Below, piece after piece: positions 52,003 to 56,585 of a stretch of DNA of 56,585 bases. The first letter of the stretch is position 1; each line of letters begins with the position of its first letter. The DNA comes from a virus: the IMG/VR virus record IMGVR_UViG_3300010043_000001, positions 1 through 56,585 of that record. The stretch is one strand, 5' to 3'. The translations under genes and the position numbers were made by a program. Below the pieces are notes generated by a model. The model searched no databases, was not told the origin of the DNA, and saw only the letters and a program-made list of their open reading frames with translations.

Positions 52003-52050
52003 CTAGTAAGGATTGCCCCGCTTTCTCGCGGAACGCCGTCTACGTGCCAT
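52003..52050 (-). CDS. Arg-rich micro-ORF (15 aa, MARRRRSARKRGNPY)
   Basis: Manual translation. TAAATG junction with the preceding micro-ORF. Confidence 0.25.
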   Translation of the reverse strand: MARRRRSARKRGNPY

Positions 52051-52158
52051 TTAAGCCCTCTCTCCTCTGCGGTTCCGTGCCCTGCCGATGCGGAAGCCAC
52101 GGGCCATGCCCTTGCGGATACCCCGTGCCATTGCTACGCGTGCTCTTCGTCGTGCCAT
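52051..52158 (-). CDS. Arg-rich micro-protein (35 aa, MARRRARVAMARG...)
   Basis: Manual translation: MARRRARVAMARGIRKGMARGFRIGRARNRRGERA. AGGAG lies 5 nt upstream of the ATG. Confidence 0.45.
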   Translation of the reverse strand: MARRRARVAMARGIRKGMARGFRIGRARNRRGERA

Positions 52159-52167
52159 ATTCGCTCC

Positions 52168-52797
52168 TTAGAAATTGAGGCCTACCTGCAAATTCAGTTG
52201 CACCGGGCTGACCGCGCTGGCGGCAGGCGGGGTCAATACCGCAATCCCGATAAAGTTCTGATCGACCGTGGTTCCCGGCGCAACCGTAGCCGGTGGAGTG
52301 GCGGTTGGGGTCACGGTCGCCGGGTTTCCGATGGCACCGGCAGTGGTGAACAGGACGCTGGCGATGCCGGCGATCTGAATAAAATCCCAGAAGCCGGGGG
52401 AGGTCTGATTCAAGGCCACACCCGCAATCTTGTTGGGTACGCCGCCGGTCCCCAGCCCGACCGCCGTAATCACGTAGTTCAACTCGTCCAGCCAGAATAC
52501 GATCTGGCCTCGGGCCAGGGGGGCAGTCTCCAGCGGGTTCAGTTGCACATACATATAGATCCCGCCGAACAGCGGGCCTACCGCCGGATCGGCGAAACTG
52601 TCCGCCCAGGGATTAGTGATGGTGAGCTTGCCGCCCTCGAATCCGCCATAGGGCTGGACGATGCTGCCGGATACCTGCGCCGTGGATACCGGAACGCCGG
52701 GAGCGGGATCGCCGTGGCGATGAAGCTGATTGAGAAAATTAGTCGTGATGCGCGGGTGCTGATTCTGCCCGTAAAATGCCATTCCGCCGACAGGCAT
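52168..52797 (-). CDS. Virion protein directly downstream of the capsid gene (209 aa; possible decoration protein)
   Basis: Tracked ORF. The call is positional only. Confidence 0.6.
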   Translation of the reverse strand: MPVGGMAFYGQNQHPRITTNFLNQLHRHGDPAPGVPVSTAQVSGSIVQPYGGFEGGKLTITNPWADSFADPAVGPLFGGIYMYVQLNPLETAPLARGQIVFWLDELNYVITAVGLGTGGVPNKIAGVALNQTSPGFWDFIQIAGIASVLFTTAGAIGNPATVTPTATPPATVAPGTTVDQNFIGIAVLTPPAASAVSPVQLNLQVGLNF

Positions 52798-52805
52798 AAG
52801 TCCTC

Positions 52806-53951
52806 CTAAGAATTGACTCCGTAGATCTGGGTGTTACTCCAGGGCGCAACGCACTCCAAGTTGACCGCCGCTTTCAACTGACTGGCAACTCTGGTATTGT
52901 CCGGTGCCCGGATGAAATCCGTCGGGTTAAATCCGAATTCGGCATCGTTACTGACGCGGAATTTCCAGCGGCTGGTATTGAAGAAGACGCCTACTTCGCC
53001 TACCTGCAAACTGGTTACGGTCGCCGCCGGGAAGTTATTCGGAACGATTGCCGGAGCCGTATAGGGAATGGTGCCGGTGAGATTGTTCCCCAGTCCCCCG
53101 TTACTGGGATCGGAGAACGGGAAGCCCAGCGCACTGGGAAAGTAGTCGTCCATCATGACTACGCTGTTTTTGAACCGGAATCCCACGGCCCCGAAATACG
53201 GGTCCTTAACGCTCGCCGTATCCTGGCCGAACCTTTGCTGCGGCTGAATACGATTCTCCACAAAGCTAACAAACGGCTTATTGGCGACGAATAAGTCAGG
53301 CTCGTCGGTGCCGCGCTTGGCCAGGTTATACGAAGCGTTAAACACGGGGTAGGTAATCGTCCCCGCCGTCCCGTCGGCTTTACCGGCCCAGTAGACATTG
53401 CCATTAAGAGCCTTGCGAACATTGCCATTTCTGAGTGCCGTCCCGTAAGTGGTATAGACGTTGCCGTCCCAGCTTGGTACAAAGCCGTCGTTGATGGCCT
53501 CGACCCATCCGTTGATGTTGATGGCCCGCTTGCCGAACTGGCCGTTCTGCTGGATATCCAGCGCCATGATGGCCGAGATCGTCTGATAGGCATTGGCCAT
53601 GTCCGTCTCCAGCAGGCTGAACACGGCTAAGTCGCCGGTGTTGAGCACCGAGATATCTTCCAGATACTCGATGATCATCACGACATAGTATCTCGGATCG
53701 AAGACGGTGCTGCCCAGGGTTTGAGGCTTCGTAAGATTGAAGCCGCCAATGCCTTTGGCATATGCACCCCCATTGAGCGGGTTGTAGAGGAAGACGTTTC
53801 TCGTGAAGGCCCCGCCCGTGAAGGGGACGAGGCACTTGGCGCGTAAGTGCGCCTGGAGGACCGAGGCAAGGAAGAAATTGTCTTCAATCGCCGCATCGTT
53901 TATTTCGGGTAAAGTAGTCGTGTTTATCTCATCCAGAAGCGGATCCGCCAC
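52806..53951 (-). CDS. Major capsid protein (by position and size)
   Basis: Tracked 381-aa ORF immediately after the coiled-coil scaffold-like gene. No diagnostic motif recognised by eye. Confidence 0.6.
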   Translation of the reverse strand: MADPLLDEINTTTLPEINDAAIEDNFFLASVLQAHLRAKCLVPFTGGAFTRNVFLYNPLNGGAYAKGIGGFNLTKPQTLGSTVFDPRYYVVMIIEYLEDISVLNTGDLAVFSLLETDMANAYQTISAIMALDIQQNGQFGKRAININGWVEAINDGFVPSWDGNVYTTYGTALRNGNVRKALNGNVYWAGKADGTAGTITYPVFNASYNLAKRGTDEPDLFVANKPFVSFVENRIQPQQRFGQDTASVKDPYFGAVGFRFKNSVVMMDDYFPSALGFPFSDPSNGGLGNNLTGTIPYTAPAIVPNNFPAATVTSLQVGEVGVFFNTSRWKFRVSNDAEFGFNPTDFIRAPDNTRVASQLKAAVNLECVAPWSNTQIYGVNS

Positions 53952-53963
53952 GGTGTCCTCCTA

Positions 53964-54104
53964 TTACGTTCTCTTGCGTCGGCGTCTTTTCTTTCTTACG
54001 GGCGGGGACGAGGTTTCCGATCTCTCCTCTTCCTCCCGCTCCTTCACGCTCTCGAACGGCTCACGGTAGCGGCGGCCCGCAAAAGATCGCCGGATACTGT
54101 CCAT
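53964..54104 (-). CDS. Possible small protein with acidic then poly-basic tail (46 aa)
   Basis: Internal ATG (MDSIRRSFAGRRYREPFESVKEREEEERSETSSPPVRKKRRRRKRT) of ORF 53964..54170. SD spacing is poor. Confidence 0.3.
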   Translation of the reverse strand: MDSIRRSFAGRRYREPFESVKEREEEERSETSSPPVRKKRRRRKRT

Positions 54105-54132
54105 TTCCTGCTGCGCCGTCCGTCTGGCCACA

Positions 54133-55146
54133 TCAGGCCACCTTGGTCGGCTTACGCTCGTCTGCCGCACCCATGGGAATTCCGTTGGCGCGGCGTTCGA
54201 GATAGCGCTTGGAAGCCCGCTCCGCGCCGGTCAACGACTGACGGTCGTTGAAGCTGGGCGCAGTCGCCGGTTTTTCCTTGGGGGCTCCACCGGGGGCTTC
54301 CTCATGCACGTTGAACTTATGGCTGAAAATCTGGCTGGTGCGCAGACCCTGCTGATCGGGTCCGACGGGCCGTACGCCCGCCATGGCGGCCTCGCTCAGC
54401 TTGGCCTGCTGCTCCGCGTCCCACTTGGCCCGCAACTCTTTTTCGAGTCCGGTGTCGTGGTGTTTCTGGCGCAGCGCGGGCGCATCGTACTTCTCCTCCC
54501 ACAGGCCCTTCAGGCTGATGGGCCGTCCCGCGCGGGATCGCTTGTCGGCTTCGGTCAATAGCTCCTGGGCTTCCTTGGCGCTCAGGCGCTTGCCGGTAAG
54601 CTCGCGGTGTTCGTCGCGGATGTCGCTCCAGACAATATCCAACTGAGCCATCCCTCCCAGTTCGGGGACCAGCTTCTCGGTCAGATATTTGCCTATGTCC
54701 GCTTTGAAGGCCGCCAGCTTGGCGTCGATATCCATGTCGGAGGAATCCACCGGTTTGCGGGTGTGGGTGGTCTGGATCAGGTCCGGCATGTTGGGAATAT
54801 CGTCGTCGGATAACTGGTAGGTGTCCTTGATGTGCTTGAGGCGTGCGTTGGCCGTGGCCACGTTGACCTTATGCGAGGCCAGATCCTTGAGAACCCTGGC
54901 CTTTTCGCCTTCGGCGGCTTCGAGCATCTGCTTGTACTGATCGATCTGCTGCTCATAAGTGCGCCGGTCGTCCGCCAGGCCCTGCGTCTTCTGGGTGTAG
55001 TCCCGGTTGCGCATGAACCCGCTCAGAAAGGCATTGGCGATGTTGTCGTTCTGCGACAGCTTCTGTTCGAGCAATAACTGGAGTTCTTCGTCTCCCGCCA
55101 TTGACTCTTTGATGGTGGCTTTTAGTAACTCTTTATCTACCGGCAT
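54133..55146 (-). CDS. Scaffolding-like protein (337 aa)
   Basis: Tracked ORF, highly charged and coiled-coil-like (E/K/Q/L rich), directly upstream of the capsid gene. Confidence 0.55.
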   Translation of the reverse strand: MPVDKELLKATIKESMAGDEELQLLLEQKLSQNDNIANAFLSGFMRNRDYTQKTQGLADDRRTYEQQIDQYKQMLEAAEGEKARVLKDLASHKVNVATANARLKHIKDTYQLSDDDIPNMPDLIQTTHTRKPVDSSDMDIDAKLAAFKADIGKYLTEKLVPELGGMAQLDIVWSDIRDEHRELTGKRLSAKEAQELLTEADKRSRAGRPISLKGLWEEKYDAPALRQKHHDTGLEKELRAKWDAEQQAKLSEAAMAGVRPVGPDQQGLRTSQIFSHKFNVHEEAPGGAPKEKPATAPSFNDRQSLTGAERASKRYLERRANGIPMGAADERKPTKVA

Positions 55147-55174
55147 AACTAGACCGCCCTTACTTATTCCCGCC

Positions 55175-55534
55175 TTATCCGCCGATTTGCGGGGCCGGAG
55201 GCTCGGGCGCTCCTGGATTCGTCATGATCTGCCGTAACGCGGCTCTCAACGCCGTGCCCGCCTGACGCAGGCCATCGACCGCACCCCGGAATGCCGGGGA
55301 TGCCGCCGGGAACTGTCTGGCCAGATCGGTCAGCATCAATTCGGTCTGCATGACTTGTTGCACGGCTTGGCCTAACTGGCCGCTCATGCCTGCGCCCGGT
55401 CCGGAGGGTTGACCTGGAACCGGAGAAGCTTCCGGGCCGCCCGGAGCCGTTCCCGCTAAAGTTGCGGGACCGGGGGGAGCGCCACCTGCGGTGACGGTCG
55501 GATCGTCGGGTGACCGGAGTCCTGAAGGCGACAT
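55175..55534 (-). CDS. Hypothetical P/G/A-rich protein (119 aa)
   Basis: Tracked ORF. The start is uncertain (internal MSGQLGQAVQQVM... is possible). Confidence 0.4.
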   Translation of the reverse strand: MSPSGLRSPDDPTVTAGGAPPGPATLAGTAPGGPEASPVPGQPSGPGAGMSGQLGQAVQQVMQTELMLTDLARQFPAASPAFRGAVDGLRQAGTALRAALRQIMTNPGAPEPPAPQIGG

Positions 55535-55615
55535 CAGCTTCGAACCGTTTAGTTACGGGACTTCTGGTTACGGTTTAGGGTCCGCCCCGGTGGCGGACCC
55601 CGAAACGGGCCGAAA

Positions 55616-55681
55616 CTACCGTCGGCGGCGGCCACCACGGTGTCTGCCGCGACGATTGGCAACCTCGAAAGTTCCAAACAT
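55616..55681 (-). CDS. Arg-rich micro-ORF (21 aa) with a very strong SD
   Basis: AAAGGAGAAGGTGAG precedes the ATG. Translation: MFGTFEVANRRGRHRGGRRRR. A 9-bp hairpin follows (55575..55597). Confidence 0.3.
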   Translation of the reverse strand: MFGTFEVANRRGRHRGGRRRR

Positions 55682-55752
55682 CTCACCTTCTCCTTTCCTG
55701 CCGACCACCAGCCTCTGGAGTAGCTGGCTATCGTTACTCGGAGACCCGCCCT

Positions 55753-55789
55753 AAAAAGCGAAAGGCCCGTCCCTTGCGGAACGGGCCTT
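55753..55789 (-). terminator. Intrinsic terminator (minus strand) between the portal block and the scaffold/capsid block
   Basis: On the minus strand: AAGGCCCGT-TCCGCAAGGG-ACGGGCCTT followed by TCGCTTTTT. Confidence 0.6.
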
Positions 55790-55855
55790 GAAGCTTAAAA
55801 GAAGCGGGTTAACCGTTTGCCTACACCAGGAATATACGAACCGGGACGAAGATTG

Positions 55856-56029
55856 TCAAGAGTCCCTGGACTTGGTTTCCCATTTGGCGAGACCGTTTGG
55901 CCTGCCGTTGTTGAAGTGAATCGTCAGCGCTCCCGTACCCTGCAAGCGGCGGATCGATTCCATGGCTGCTTCCACGGCCTGAACTTCGAAACGTACACTT
56001 TCGTGCGTTTCAGTGCGGCCACCGGGCAT
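55856..56029 (-). CDS. Possible small protein (57 aa)
   Basis: Internal ATG (MPGGRTETHESVRFEVQAVEAAMESIRRLQGTGALTIHFNNGRPNGLAKWETKSRDS) of ORF 55856..56191. The upstream part of the tracked ORF overlaps 56055..56213 out of frame. Confidence 0.35.
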   Translation of the reverse strand: MPGGRTETHESVRFEVQAVEAAMESIRRLQGTGALTIHFNNGRPNGLAKWETKSRDS

Positions 56030-56054
56030 TCCCGCCAGTGATCGCAGCAGGCCT

Positions 56055-56213
56055 TCAAGAGCGGGCTTTGCCACGACGCGATCCGCCCTCTTTGCGGCGT
56101 TCGGAGAGCATGATGGCGATGGCCTGTTTGCGCGAACGGACTTTGGGGCCGCGTTTGGACCCGCTGTGAAGGCGTCCGTGCTTGAACTCATGCATCACAG
56201 TATCGGATGGCAT
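56055..56213 (-). CDS. Small basic protein, DUF6496-like (52 aa)
   Basis: Below the track cutoff. AGGAG lies upstream of ATG 56213. MPSDTVMHEFKHGRLHSGSKRGPKVRSRKQAIAIMLSERRKEGGSRRGKARS matches the remembered MHEFK.G.L.SG....V.SRKQAIAI.LSE pattern. Confidence 0.5.
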   Translation of the reverse strand: MPSDTVMHEFKHGRLHSGSKRGPKVRSRKQAIAIMLSERRKEGGSRRGKARS

Positions 56214-56221
56214 AGCATCTC

Positions 56222-56585
56222 CTAGTGTTTGCTTTCGCGAACGATGGGGCGCACCCCGCCCTTGGTTTCCATGGTCGGCGGATTCTGCGCGGTTGCGGGA
56301 CGGCCCTGGCGTCCGCCGCCGCCGCGACCCTGCTGCGGCATTCCGCCCGCGATGGCCTGCTGAATCTTGGCCTGCATCTGGGTCCAGGCGAGCCAGCGTT
56401 CCAGAATGGTTTGCGCCTTACGAACCCCGCCGGTCTCGGCATCGGGGATGGTGGGCAGTTCTCCGAAATTGCGGATATCAAATAGTTCCGCTAACGTCCA
56501 CGGGTCAATCGGGAAGCCTCTCATCTGAAGCTGGAGATAGAACAGACGCCGCGAGATCGAATTGAATTCGTGTAGCGAGTAGGGC
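56222..56585 (-). CDS. Portal-like protein, C-terminal part (same ORF as 1..1970; 56463..56585 duplicates 1..123)
   Basis: Tracked ORF 56222..56524 starts at an internal Met. The frame stays open to the window end and is contiguous with 1..1970 after circularisation. Confidence 0.6.
   Translation of the reverse strand, partial: PYSLHEFNSISRRLFYLQLQMRGFPIDPWTLAELFDIRNFGELPTIPDAETGGVRKAQTILERWLAWTQMQAKIQQAIAGGMPQQGRGGGGRQGRPATAQNPPTMETKGGVRPIVRESKH
56463..56585. repeat. Terminal overlap, copy 2 (identical to 1..123)
   Basis: Direct reading, 123/123 identical. Confidence 0.95.

Overview
The window is a complete, circularly closed genome of about 56.46 kb from a GC-rich temperate tailed phage. 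Bases 1..123 are identical to 56463..56585. This overlap lies inside a 736-aa portal-like ORF, which is therefore split across the window ends and missing from the ORF track.

Layout:
- One continuous minus-strand late operon of about 33 kb runs 10582 -> 1 / 56462 -> 33810. In order it carries a first tail-fibre cassette, small genes, terS?, terL, KTSC and HExxH small genes, portal, scaffold, capsid, tail and fibre genes, and internal-virion-like proteins.
- Plus-strand early block 1 (10633..20113) carries a PAS-domain protein, RecT, a Gp157-like protein, xis/int with a candidate attP, VRR-NUC, a DnaB_N/DUF3987-like helicase and an iteron cluster.
- Plus-strand early block 2 (24408..33783) carries an amidoligase plus GAT-II-like pair, then about 20 translationally coupled small ORFs and a second, Xer-like tyrosine recombinase.
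- A minus-strand island (20151..23074) sits between the two early blocks.

Most unusual feature: the island is embedded in about 2.4 kb (20941..23400) of roughly 90 phased 18-bp direct repeats with core ACGG-NN-C-NCTC and 36-bp A/B dimers. The repeats wrap an excisionase-type HTH gene and two small genes, and end at a gene encoding only the C-terminal (Transposase_20 / HhH) half of an IS110-type transposase. This is neither CRISPR nor coding, and it matches no system I know.

Other points worth a second look:
- duplicated receptor-binding cassettes
- a PrP-octarepeat-like Q/G/W-rich protein
- MARRR-type arginine-rich micro-ORFs
- a 9-copy iteron cluster next to the helicase
- an attP-like arm-site architecture

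I could not recognise an endolysin, a holin, a CI-type repressor, a partition NTPase, or any tRNA or CRISPR array.

All functional calls come from motifs read by eye and remembered family patterns. No database search was run.
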